Shown one piece after another: positions 21,053 to 30,048 of a stretch of 64,000 nt of DNA. Under the pieces are notes generated by a model. The model was not told the origin of the DNA and made no database searches. It saw only the letters and a program-made list of their open reading frames with translations. Source of the stretch: Pelagibacteraceae bacterium AG-390-A23 (GTDB taxonomy: Bacteria > Pseudomonadota > Alphaproteobacteria > Pelagibacterales > Pelagibacteraceae); the NCBI GenBank assembly GCA_003279775.1, contig QCGW01000001.1:34712-98711 (forward strand), in the 5' to 3' direction. A program made the position numbers and the translations under genes. How positions within the stretch are numbered: position 1 is the first letter of the stretch; each line of letters opens with the position of its first letter.

Positions 21053-21300
21053 GAACAAAAATTTTTAAAAATTCTATAAAAATTGATGCTGAATTTAGCT
21101 TTGGTATCATTGAAAAGTAGAGCAATGCAGTTATAGAATATATGTTTTAAACGGCCATAGAGGTGCTTTATTTTGTTATATCTCGATATATAGTGCAACT
21201 GAAGGGTGAATATTACTTTTTATGTTTAAATAAGCGTAAATATTAAAAAAAACGTTGATTTTACTAGTCTTTTTGACCATAAAATAGGCCAAAAAAGCCA

Positions 21301-21570
21301 CTAAATATCAACCTTTTCGGATCTCAATAAACGCAGTTTTGTCTTAATTCCACCTCTCCCTGAGTATCCACCAAGGCCTCCATCGGACCGAATTACTCTA
21401 TGACAGGGTATTTTGGGGGCATAAGGGTTTTTTCCACATGCATTAGCTACAGCACGTGCTGATTTAGGGCTTTTTATAGCTATTGCTACCTGTTTATAGG
21501 TTTTAACTGTGCCTTTTGGTATAGTTTTAAGGTAATTCCAGACTTTTAATTGAAATTTAGTACCTTTCAT
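21301..21570 (-). CDS. ogt: Methylated-DNA-protein-cysteine methyltransferase (C-terminal domain only)
   Basis: FQLKVW, IPKG..TY, ARAVANA, IPCHRV active site; likely start MKGTK at 21570. Confidence 0.9.
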   Translation of the reverse strand: MKGTKFQLKVWNYLKTIPKGTVKTYKQVAIAIKSPKSARAVANACGKNPYAPKIPCHRVIRSDGGLGGYSGRGGIKTKLRLLRSEKVDI

Positions 21571-21740
21571 CAATAAAAATTTAAAATAATGAAACAAACT
21601 ATAAAGAAAACAGTTAAAATTGAAAGATAAATAGTTTCAAGAGTTTTTCCAGATTTTCTATAATTAATAAAGCTTAATATTGCAAAACCAAAAGATGTTA
21701 TTAAGAAATATATCGGTTCAATTACTCCGTCTATGCCCAT
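21570..21740 (-). CDS. Small 56 aa two-TM membrane protein (not in the ORF track)
   Basis: MGIDGVIEPIYFLITSFGFAILSFINYRKSGKTLETIYLSILTVFFIVCFIILNFY; its TGA overlaps the ogt ATG (TGATG). Confidence 0.65.
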   Translation of the reverse strand: MGIDGVIEPIYFLITSFGFAILSFINYRKSGKTLETIYLSILTVFFIVCFIILNFY

Positions 21741-21814
21741 CTATAAGTTATATTTCATCATTATTGAGCTCGCAATATCATTAATTGTCCCTAAAAAATG
21801 ACTAATTATTTTAT

Positions 21815-21843
21815 TTGACATTAGAAAACTCTTGATATATTAC
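21815..21843 (+). promoter_or_regulatory. Putative sigma70 promoter of the recombinase
   Basis: TTGACA-N17-TATTAC, with the -10 overlapping the left arm of the palindrome. Confidence 0.5.
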
Positions 21844-21872
21844 TAATGATAATTAATTGTTATCAATAGTAA
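21840..21872. repeat. 13-7-13 bp inverted repeat, candidate lox/dif-like recombination site
   Basis: TTACTAATGATAA-TTAATTG-TTATCAATAGTAA; arms match at 12/13; asymmetric spacer; ends 4 bp before the recombinase ATG. Confidence 0.75.
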
Positions 21873-21876
21873 AAAT

Positions 21877-22830
21877 ATGAATGAGCTAACAACAGACTTA
21901 AAATCGCTTCATGAGGCAACTTTAAATAACCTTAAAAGCTCAAAGGCAAATAATACTTTAAGAGCTTATAAGTCGGACTTTAAAGACTTTGGTGCTTTTT
22001 GTGCAAAACATGGATTGAACTCTTTACCAACAGAGCCGAAAGTAGTTTCCTTGTACCTTACCCATCTCTCTAAACACTCAAAAATAAGCACTTTAAAACG
22101 AAGATTGGTTTCAATAAGTATGCTTCATAAGTTGAAAGGGCATTATCTAGACACCAAACATCCAATTATAGTTGAAAATTTAATGGGAATAAGAAGGGTT
22201 AAAGGTAGCATTCAGAAAGGTAAAAAACCTATATTAATCAATCATTTAAAATTGATTATGAATGTAATAAATGAACAAAAAACTAAGGAAATAAAAAAAC
22301 TTAGAGATAAATCGTTAATCTTAATTGGCTTTGGAGGTGGTTTTAGAAGAACCGAACTGATTTCAATTGATCATGAGGATTTAGAATTTGTTCCTGAGGG
22401 TCTTAAAATCACTATTAAAAGATCAAAAACTGATCAATTCGGAGAAGGAATGACTAAAGGACTGCCCTACTTCGATAATGAAATTTACTGTCCTGTTACA
22501 AATCTAAAAAAATGGTTAGAAATTTCGAAAATTAACTCTGGACCTATTTTTAGAAGATTTTCTAAAGGTTTATCATTAACAGATAAAAGATTAACTGACC
22601 AAACTGTAGTTTTGTTAATGAAACATTACTTAAAGGTAGCAGGTTTCGAAAATAAAAATTTTGCAGGTCATAGTTTAAGATCAGGTTTTGCAACAGTAGC
22701 TGCTGATTCAGGCGCTGATGAGCGAAGCATAATGGCTATGACAGGTCATAAAACAACACAAATGGTTAGAAGATATATAAGAGAGGCAAATATATTTAAG
22801 AATAATGCTCTTAATAATATAAAATTATAA
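21877..22830 (+). CDS. Tyrosine recombinase, Cre-like subfamily (often annotated xerD)
   Basis: NTLRAYKSDF N-terminal domain; catalytic R (GFRRTEL), K (RSKTDQ), HSLRSGF, TGH, Y (RRYIR). Confidence 0.93.
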   Translation: MNELTTDLKSLHEATLNNLKSSKANNTLRAYKSDFKDFGAFCAKHGLNSLPTEPKVVSLYLTHLSKHSKISTLKRRLVSISMLHKLKGHYLDTKHPIIVENLMGIRRVKGSIQKGKKPILINHLKLIMNVINEQKTKEIKKLRDKSLILIGFGGGFRRTELISIDHEDLEFVPEGLKITIKRSKTDQFGEGMTKGLPYFDNEIYCPVTNLKKWLEISKINSGPIFRRFSKGLSLTDKRLTDQTVVLLMKHYLKVAGFENKNFAGHSLRSGFATVAADSGADERSIMAMTGHKTTQMVRRYIREANIFKNNALNNIKL

Positions 22831-22938
22831 AGAAAAAATAATTATTAGCCAATATTTTTAATCATAGCACCATTGCTCTTGTCATTTAAATTTCCACCAA
22901 GAGAAGATTGGTATTTTTATTCATGAGAATAATTTTGA

Positions 22939-25044
22939 TTATTTATTTTCCCAAAAAAATTTTTTTTTATAATTAATGTTAAAAGATTTATTAATCATAA
23001 ATTCAGCTACTAATTTTGAATTCATATATTTGTGGTATTTTATCATTCCTTTTTTCGCAATCTTATTTCTTAAGCTTTCTGAATTTTTATATTTAATAAT
23101 TTTTTTAGTTAAATCTTTAACTCCACTATAAAAAATTACTTCATCGTTCTTAAAGATTTTATTTAGTTTTGTTTTTCTGTCTATAAAAGTTAGTATACCA
23201 TTACCTATTAATTGAGATATACGATCACTAGAATAAAATTTTAAAGGATCTCCTTGACTAAGGTTTAGAGCCATTTTAGATTTTGAAAGCTCTTTTTTAA
23301 AGTTTTCAGCCCAAACTGGCTGATTATCATTTATTCCAAAAATATTAAATCTTATTTCATTACTGGAATTAATTAATTTATTTAAAAATACTTCCCTATT
23401 ATCAGTTTTCCCTTTTTTTAAAGTTCCACGGTGAACTCCGTGTGATAAAGCAAAAAATAAATCATATTTATAATTTTTGTTTTTAAAAAGTTCTAAATTT
23501 TCAAATGTATCATCAACGGGGTTTGGAATAAAAAAAACTTTTTTATTTTTTAAAATTTTTAAAGTATCTGGATGTGTTGTACAAAAACTACAGTCTAAAT
23601 ATTTTATTTTTTTAAGAAATCTATCCCTATTAACAGACCATATTTTATCATCCATTTTATCTAGAAACCATTGGCAAAATTTAATACTAGGGTAAAAGTT
23701 TTTAATTTTTTTCAATATATCATTAGATATTGCATCTGCGTGACCTAAAATGATTAGGTTGGGATCAAAATTTCCAATAATTTCTAGAAATTTATTATTT
23801 AAAGATTTTGAACCGTATATATCAATAATTTTACGTTCTTGACTGACTGTATCTCTGTCACTTAAGGTTTGTACTGTGTGTCCTAGCTTTAATAAACCAT
23901 TGTTTATTCTTCTGCCAGTATTGTAAAATAATCTTCCATTATGCCTAACATTAAAATTTGTAATATGTAGAATTCTTAATTTTTTCTTATATTCAATAGT
24001 TTTATTAAATAAATTGTTTCTATAACTATCTATTTTTTTTGAAATAAATTTATTATCTAAATAAAAATTTTTATATGACTTTGTTTGGATATCTTTAAGT
24101 TTATTTTTATTTTCTATTAAGTTTTTAATATTTTTATATATTTCATTTGCAGTTAATTTATTTAATATTATGCCATCAGTAATAGTTTCAGGTAATCCGC
24201 CTTTATTGCTGATTATAACAGCACAACCCCTACTACTTGCTTCTAAACTTGATCTTCCAAAAGGTTCATCCCAACGAGAACAAGCAACAGCTATTGAACT
24301 TTTTTCATAAGATTTCAAAATAGTATCATTAGATTTATAACCCATTTTAATAAATCTTTTGTGATTAAAATTAATTTTTTCCCTATGTTCATCTCCAAAA
24401 ACGACTACTTTCCAATCCTTAAATTCATTTAGAATTTTTAATGCTGCTTTACCAAATAAGTCATATCCTTTTGATTTATTAAGTTTACCAACAAAAGTTA
24501 TAATTTTATTTTTTTTTGTAATATTAATTTTTTTTCTACTAGTTGATTGATAAATCACCTCAATTTTTTCAGAATTAAGATAAAAATTATCCAATCCTAA
24601 AAAAAATCTTTTTTTAGTCCATTCACTATTAAAAATAATCTTGTGACAAAAATTTAAAATAAATATTCTTTCATTTAAAGAAATAGATCCGGTCATTGAA
24701 AGTGGATCATTATGAAAATAAAAAACAATTTTATTTTTAAAGTAGACAAAATATTTAAGATATGAAGGTCTATTGTGTATTTCAATAATGTCAGATTTTC
24801 TTTTTTTTTCTAATTTTATAAAGTTATTTACATATATTTTTGAAGAGCTTTGAAAATATTTTTTTTTAAAAGGAATATTTACATAATTTTTTGATAAATA
24901 ATTTTTAAAATCTGTATTACCAAATATTTTTGTAGTTTGTTTAAATTTACTTTCTTTATTTATTTCATTAATAAATATTGATACTGCTCCTGCATATTTT
25001 TTTGAATAATTTTCTTTGTAAGGCAATAAAATTGATATTTTCAT
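22939..25044 (-). CDS. Double glycosyltransferase (N-terminal GT4 plus C-terminal CgeB-like GT domain)
   Basis: FVGKL..SKG, EPFGRSSLEA..G; second domain ending SKMALN..YSSDR. Confidence 0.8.
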   Translation of the reverse strand: MKISILLPYKENYSKKYAGAVSIFINEINKESKFKQTTKIFGNTDFKNYLSKNYVNIPFKKKYFQSSSKIYVNNFIKLEKKRKSDIIEIHNRPSYLKYFVYFKNKIVFYFHNDPLSMTGSISLNERIFILNFCHKIIFNSEWTKKRFFLGLDNFYLNSEKIEVIYQSTSRKKINITKKNKIITFVGKLNKSKGYDLFGKAALKILNEFKDWKVVVFGDEHREKINFNHKRFIKMGYKSNDTILKSYEKSSIAVACSRWDEPFGRSSLEASSRGCAVIISNKGGLPETITDGIILNKLTANEIYKNIKNLIENKNKLKDIQTKSYKNFYLDNKFISKKIDSYRNNLFNKTIEYKKKLRILHITNFNVRHNGRLFYNTGRRINNGLLKLGHTVQTLSDRDTVSQERKIIDIYGSKSLNNKFLEIIGNFDPNLIILGHADAISNDILKKIKNFYPSIKFCQWFLDKMDDKIWSVNRDRFLKKIKYLDCSFCTTHPDTLKILKNKKVFFIPNPVDDTFENLELFKNKNYKYDLFFALSHGVHRGTLKKGKTDNREVFLNKLINSSNEIRFNIFGINDNQPVWAENFKKELSKSKMALNLSQGDPLKFYSSDRISQLIGNGILTFIDRKTKLNKIFKNDEVIFYSGVKDLTKKIIKYKNSESLRNKIAKKGMIKYHKYMNSKLVAEFMINKSFNINYKKKFFWENK

Positions 25045-25301
25045 TTATTTAATAAAAATTTATTTTTAATTTCAGATCGTTTTTTATAGTTTTTTTTTAA
25101 TAAATATTCGTTTTTCAGAGCTTCAGATTTAGTTTTATAACATTTTTTATAAGCCAAAATCCACTTTCTACCTCTAGTAAATTTAGCACCTTTCCCACTA
25201 TTATGTAGCTTTATCCTATGTTTTAAATCTGATGTAAAACCAACGTAAGAGATAGTTTTTTTATTAGTTTCGCTGATTAATAAATATACAAAATGCTTCA
25301 T
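25041..25301 (-). CDS. GIY-YIG nuclease family protein (UPF0213)
   Basis: FVYLL..SYVGFT.DL..R...HNSGKGAKFTRGR, ALKNE. Confidence 0.88.
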   Translation of the reverse strand: MKHFVYLLISETNKKTISYVGFTSDLKHRIKLHNSGKGAKFTRGRKWILAYKKCYKTKSEALKNEYLLKKNYKKRSEIKNKFLLNK

Positions 25302-25304
25302 TAA

Positions 25305-25379
25305 TGGCGGTCCCTAGGGGAATCGAACCCCTCTTTCGAGGATGAAAACCACGTGTCCTAACCGATAGACGAAGGGACC
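25305..25379 (-). tRNA. tRNA-Glu (TTC)
   Basis: GGTCCCT...TTTTCAT...GGTTCGATTCC...AGGGACCGCCA cloverleaf. Confidence 0.95.
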
Positions 25380-25426
25380 GAATTGCTGCTTTTTATTGTA
25401 AAATCATTCATTAATCAAGCTTATCA

Positions 25427-26368
25427 TTAAATATTTTGTTTTAATTTTATTACTTTTCTGAAGCCTGAGGATTTATGTGTCACTAATGTCTCTGATATGA
25501 AATCATTACCTTGAATTTCAATACCAGCAACCAAATCACCAGAAGTAATTCCTGTCGCACAAAAAATAGAATCACCTGTAACAATTTCATTTAATTCATA
25601 TTTTTTTGTTAAATCATTAATCCCCATTTTTTTAGCCCTTGCTTTATCGTTTTCTGTTTTGAACAAAAACCTACCTTGAAAATTACAATTAAATGCATCC
25701 AAAGCTGATGCAGCAAGCACACCCTCTGGCCCTCCACCAATACCTAAGAAAATATCAACATTATATTTTTCATCAGTTACTAACAATGCTCCTGACACAT
25801 CACCATCTGTAATTAATTTTAGATTAACTTTTAATTTGTTTAACTCATCTATAATTTCTTTATGTCTTGGTCTATCCATAATACATGCGGTTAAATTTTC
25901 TGGATTCTTATTTAAGTAATCACTTAAATTAAAAATATTTTGCTTTACTGTAAAATCTAAATCAATAACGTTTTTTTCATTAACTTTGGTAGAGATTTTT
26001 TCCATATAAGTCTCAGGAGCTTTAAACAAATTATTTTTTTCAGCAATAGCAATCACGGATAATGCTCCTGGTAAGTTATTAGCAGCAAAATTTGTACCTT
26101 CTAATGGATCCACTGCTATATCAAATTCTGGACCTTTATTTGTTCCTAATTTTTCCCCTATATATAACATTGGAGCTTCATCTAATTCTCCCTCACCTAT
26201 TACAATCTGTCCCTGAATGTCTAAATTGTTAAGATTTGATCTCATAGAATCTACAGCTGCTTTATCAGCAGCAATTTTATCTTTTTTTCCAACTAAATAT
26301 GAAGATGCTAAAGCTGCTTTTGAAGTAACATTTATAAATTGATCAATAAATTTTTTATCAATTGCCAT
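25427..26368 (-). CDS. glpX: Fructose-1,6-bisphosphatase class II
   Basis: VIGEGELDEAPML, DIAVDPLEGT, DGDVSG, GIGGGPEGV. Confidence 0.96.
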   Translation of the reverse strand: MAIDKKFIDQFINVTSKAALASSYLVGKKDKIAADKAAVDSMRSNLNNLDIQGQIVIGEGELDEAPMLYIGEKLGTNKGPEFDIAVDPLEGTNFAANNLPGALSVIAIAEKNNLFKAPETYMEKISTKVNEKNVIDLDFTVKQNIFNLSDYLNKNPENLTACIMDRPRHKEIIDELNKLKVNLKLITDGDVSGALLVTDEKYNVDIFLGIGGGPEGVLAASALDAFNCNFQGRFLFKTENDKARAKKMGINDLTKKYELNEIVTGDSIFCATGITSGDLVAGIEIQGNDFISETLVTHKSSGFRKVIKLKQNI

Positions 26369-27360
26369 TAAACTTTTTCATCAATTAAATCTTCTTGATT
26401 TATTTTAGACTCAAATTCTCTTAAACGTTTATATACACTAGCAAGCTCTATGATAGTTGGCCAAGCTTTCAATATATATTGCATAGAACCCTCTACTCTA
26501 CCAAAGGCTCTTATTATTTGTTGCATAACACCAAGTGTTACTGCTCCAGCTACTATTGCAGGTGCTAAAAAAACATACGCTGACAAAACATTTGCCTGTA
26601 AATATGCTATTCTTCCAATATTAAAATACAAATATCTAATATAACTTAAAAAATGAATACTTCTAACTCCATCAAATAATTCTTCTATGGTTTTTGGTCT
26701 TATAGTTCCGTCATCTTCTGCAATTACAAGTATTTTCCTATAGGCTGCTTCTTTTTTTTGTAGATCGTATTCAACACCTACTAATCTTAAAATTAAACCT
26801 AGTAAAATTAAAAATATTGTACCTCCAACTGACCAAATTAAAGCTCCAACTATTAAACCATAGTCCCAATCACCAAAAAAGAATATTGGTATTCCTACAC
26901 TTAATCCAAATAAGATAGGCATAAACTCAACAAGTATCATCAAAGCTTCAATTAGACTGGTCCCTAAAGATTCCATTATTCTTGAAAACTTTATAGTATC
27001 CTCTTGAACTCTTTGTGCTGCACCTTCAATTTTTCGAGCTTTATCATAAACACTATGATACCACTCAACCATAGCCGTTCTCCATCTAAACAAATAATGT
27101 GAAGTAAAAAAACTTACTATTACAGCTACACCAACATACATAGCTGCTAATATTATGAAAGACAATAAACTTGCCCAGTACTCTTCTATAGTAATTGAGT
27201 TTGGAGCTCCAAGAGCTTTTTGAATCATATCGTAAAATTCACCAAACCATTCATTAATTTTAACGTCTATCTTAACTTGTATCCAAAGAGATGATAAAAT
27301 AATAGCAGAACCAATCCATGACCATAGAAACCAATTTTTTTGAGTGAAAAATCTAAACAT
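26368..27360 (-). CDS. SbmA/BacA-like peptide transporter
   Basis: WFGEFYDMIQ, FRWRTAM, IEGAAQRVQEDT, EAAYRK, KRLREFE. Confidence 0.88.
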   Translation of the reverse strand: MFRFFTQKNWFLWSWIGSAIILSSLWIQVKIDVKINEWFGEFYDMIQKALGAPNSITIEEYWASLLSFIILAAMYVGVAVIVSFFTSHYLFRWRTAMVEWYHSVYDKARKIEGAAQRVQEDTIKFSRIMESLGTSLIEALMILVEFMPILFGLSVGIPIFFFGDWDYGLIVGALIWSVGGTIFLILLGLILRLVGVEYDLQKKEAAYRKILVIAEDDGTIRPKTIEELFDGVRSIHFLSYIRYLYFNIGRIAYLQANVLSAYVFLAPAIVAGAVTLGVMQQIIRAFGRVEGSMQYILKAWPTIIELASVYKRLREFESKINQEDLIDEKV

Positions 27361-27363
27361 TAA

Positions 27364-27645
27364 TTATTTAAGAAAATTATCTGCGTAAGATTTCTTTACA
27401 GTTTTTCTTTTTCTAGGTTCAATTAATTCAAAATCAATTTTTTTCTTTTTTGCGTAATTGATAGCAAGTTCCTTTGATGAAAATTCTAATTTTAATTCAG
27501 TATATGTATCAGATGAACTTTCCCAACCCATCAAAGGGTTTTTTGTTGGATCTTTTGTTTTAAATTCTAAAATCCATTTATCACTTTTTGCTAATCCTGA
27601 TTGCATAGGATTTTTATTTGGAATGTAAATAATAGCTTTTTTCAT
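27364..27645 (-). CDS. ETC complex I subunit (NDUFS4-like)
   Basis: MQSG, NPLMGW.SS.D, KSYADNF. Confidence 0.9.
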   Translation of the reverse strand: MKKAIIYIPNKNPMQSGLAKSDKWILEFKTKDPTKNPLMGWESSSDTYTELKLEFSSKELAINYAKKKKIDFELIEPRKRKTVKKSYADNFLK

Positions 27646-27651
27646 AAATGA

Positions 27652-27728
<77 letters not shown>

Positions 27729-27822
27729 ATCCGAGTACTAATACAGCAGTTATTGATAATTTCAATGTATAAAGATACCAAAATTAAAAGAAATTTGAAT
27801 AAAATCTGTTATATAACGAAGC

Positions 27823-28320
27823 ATGATAATAACTTGTCCAAATTGTAACAAGCAATTCAAAATTGACAATTCTTTAATACCTGATGAAGGTAGAGATTTA
27901 CAATGTGGATCATGTAATCATATTTGGTTTTATAATATCCAAGAAAAAAATAATAAAGTACTAGAGTTAAAACAGGAAATTATCAGTAAAGACATTGAAA
28001 CAAAAGATGAAAATAAAGAAGATAAAATAGAAGAGAAACAACAACCAGAAGAAATAATTAAAACTGAAATAAATAATAAAAAAAAAGAAAAAAATTCAGA
28101 AAAACAAAAAAATACAACTAAACTTGAAAAAACAGAAAATAAAGGAAGTAAGTTTTTTTCTTATTTAATAGTATTTATTATATCTTTTGTAGCATTAATT
28201 ATCTTGCTAGATACTCTAAAAACTCCACTAATTAATGTTTTTCCAGGATTAGAAATTATACTATTTAACCTTTTTGAAACATTGCAAGATATAAAACTAT
28301 TTATTATAGACCTAATTTAA
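27823..28320 (+). CDS. MJ0042-type zinc-ribbon membrane protein
   Basis: MIITCPNC...QCGSCNHIW, charged linker, C-terminal TM helix. Confidence 0.85.
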   Translation: MIITCPNCNKQFKIDNSLIPDEGRDLQCGSCNHIWFYNIQEKNNKVLELKQEIISKDIETKDENKEDKIEEKQQPEEIIKTEINNKKKEKNSEKQKNTTKLEKTENKGSKFFSYLIVFIISFVALIILLDTLKTPLINVFPGLEIILFNLFETLQDIKLFIIDLI

Positions 28321-28327
28321 TTTTTTT

Positions 28328-29509
28328 ATGATTAATTATTTATCTAAACCTTTTAGATGGTTTTTTAAATTAGAAGCTGCAAGTGGACTTGTATTATTAT
28401 TTGCTGCAATAATTGCATTATTTATAAGCAACTCTGGGCTAGCAAATTTATATTTTGCTACTTTAAATAAGTATTTATTCATAGGTATTAATAATTTTGG
28501 ATTAAAGTTATCAGTATTGCATTGGATCAATGATGCCTTGATGGCAATCTTTTTTTTCTTTGTTACTTTAGAAATTAAAAGAGAATTTTTGCAAGGTGAA
28601 CTTTCTAATATTAAACAAGCTTTATTGCCTATGATTGCTGCTGTAGGAGGAATGTTAGTTCCTGCACTGTTTTATGTTTTTATAAATTTAGGTGATAGCG
28701 AAACTTTAAATGGATGGGCAATACCATCTGCTACAGATATTGCATTTTCATTAGGAGTTTTATCTTTGTTAGGAAAAAGAGTTCCTTTATCATTAAAAGT
28801 ATTTTTAACTGCATTAGCTATAATCGATGATTTAGGAGCAATAGTAATCATCGCCCTATTCTACTCTGGAGATTTGAGTATTAAGTATTTAACTTTAATG
28901 CTATTAGCTTTTATTGTTTTGTTATTAATTAACAAATTTAACATTAAAAAATTTCTACCTTATTTGGTTGTGGGACTATTTCTATGGGATTTTACGCATA
29001 ACTCAGGAATACACGCTACTATCGCTGGTGTCTTGTTAGCTATGACAATTCCTCATAGAAAAAAAGAAAAAGATTTTTCATTATTAATAAAAATTGAACA
29101 CGCAATTAGTCCATATGTTGCTTTCGGAATAATGCCTTTATTTGCATTTGCAAATGCTGGAGTATCTCTTGAAGGTTTGTCGTTCGCTTCATTACTTGAT
29201 AAGGTGCCCCTTGGAATCGTATTAGGATTATTCCTTGGTAAACAATTAGGTGTTTTTATCTTCTCATATGTATCAATAAAATTGAAAGTGGCTCAAATGC
29301 CAAATGATACAAGTTGGTATAATTTTTATGGCGTAGGAGTTCTTACCGGGATTGGTTTTACGATGAGTTTATTTGTTGGAAATTTAGCTTTTGTAGAAAA
29401 CATGCAGTATATGGATGGTGTAAAAATTGGCGTATTAACTGGATCGTTGTTGTCAACTTTATTTGGTTATTTTTTAATATTACTTACACCAAATAAACCT
29501 AATAAATGA
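28328..29509 (+). CDS. nhaA: Na+/H+ antiporter NhaA
   Basis: WINDALMA, ATDIAF, LAIIDDLG, GIGFTMS. Confidence 0.96.
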   Translation: MINYLSKPFRWFFKLEAASGLVLLFAAIIALFISNSGLANLYFATLNKYLFIGINNFGLKLSVLHWINDALMAIFFFFVTLEIKREFLQGELSNIKQALLPMIAAVGGMLVPALFYVFINLGDSETLNGWAIPSATDIAFSLGVLSLLGKRVPLSLKVFLTALAIIDDLGAIVIIALFYSGDLSIKYLTLMLLAFIVLLLINKFNIKKFLPYLVVGLFLWDFTHNSGIHATIAGVLLAMTIPHRKKEKDFSLLIKIEHAISPYVAFGIMPLFAFANAGVSLEGLSFASLLDKVPLGIVLGLFLGKQLGVFIFSYVSIKLKVAQMPNDTSWYNFYGVGVLTGIGFTMSLFVGNLAFVENMQYMDGVKIGVLTGSLLSTLFGYFLILLTPNKPNK

Positions 29510-30048
29510 GAAAAGTAATATTTTTATTTTCTATAATTATGTTTTTTTTTAAAACTTCAGCAACTGCTAACTACGAAAAAAAAATTTATGATTTTAGTAT
29601 TGAGAGTATAACTGGCGAGACAATTAATTTTAAAGATTACAAAAATAAAGTTATTTTAGTTGTAAATACAGCAAGTTATTGCGGATTTACAAAACAATAT
29701 GATGAATTACAAGAATTGTGGGACTTATATAAAGAAAAAGGTTTAATTGTTCTTGGTGTTCCATCAAATTCTTTTAATCAAGAAAAAAATAATAATGCTG
29801 ATATTAAAGAATTTTGTGAAGTAAATTTTAATATTAACTTTCCTCTGACAACATTAACTGAGGTTAAAGGCAAAGATGCTCATGAACTTTTTAAATGGGC
29901 AAAAGAAAATCATGGTAAGTCGGCAGAACCTAAGTGGAATTTTCATAAAATTTTAATTAATAAAGAAGGTAAGGTTCAAGATACATTCGCTTCATTTACA
30001 AAACCAACTTCAAAAAAAATAATTAAAGCTATAGAAAATAGCTTATAA
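29506..30048 (+). CDS. Cys-type glutathione peroxidase with N-terminal signal peptide
   Basis: VNTASYCGFT, PSNSFNQE, KWNFHK. Confidence 0.92.
   Translation: MRKVIFLFSIIMFFFKTSATANYEKKIYDFSIESITGETINFKDYKNKVILVVNTASYCGFTKQYDELQELWDLYKEKGLIVLGVPSNSFNQEKNNNADIKEFCEVNFNINFPLTTLTEVKGKDAHELFKWAKENHGKSAEPKWNFHKILINKEGKVQDTFASFTKPTSKKIIKAIENSL

Noticed and set aside
21004-21198. 64 aa minus-strand ORF
   Set aside because: No recognisable motif or ribosome-binding site; probably spurious.
20786-21300. oriC interpretation of the AT-rich gap
   Set aside because: No TTATCCACA DnaA boxes were seen, and the flanking genes converge rather than diverge.
21845-21866. Fur-box reading of the TGATAA...TTATCA palindrome
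   Set aside because: The spacing does not fit the 7-1-7 Fur box, the arms extend to 13 bp, and the adjacent gene is a recombinase.
21877-22830. This recombinase as the integrase of the tRNA-Ser islet
   Set aside because: At 317 aa it shows no N-terminal arm-binding domain, and its adjacent palindrome does not resemble the tRNA core.
21877-25379. Recombinase-GT-GIY-YIG segment as an island integrated at tRNA-Glu
   Set aside because: I found no duplicated tRNA-Glu fragment near the recombinase and no mobile-element genes.
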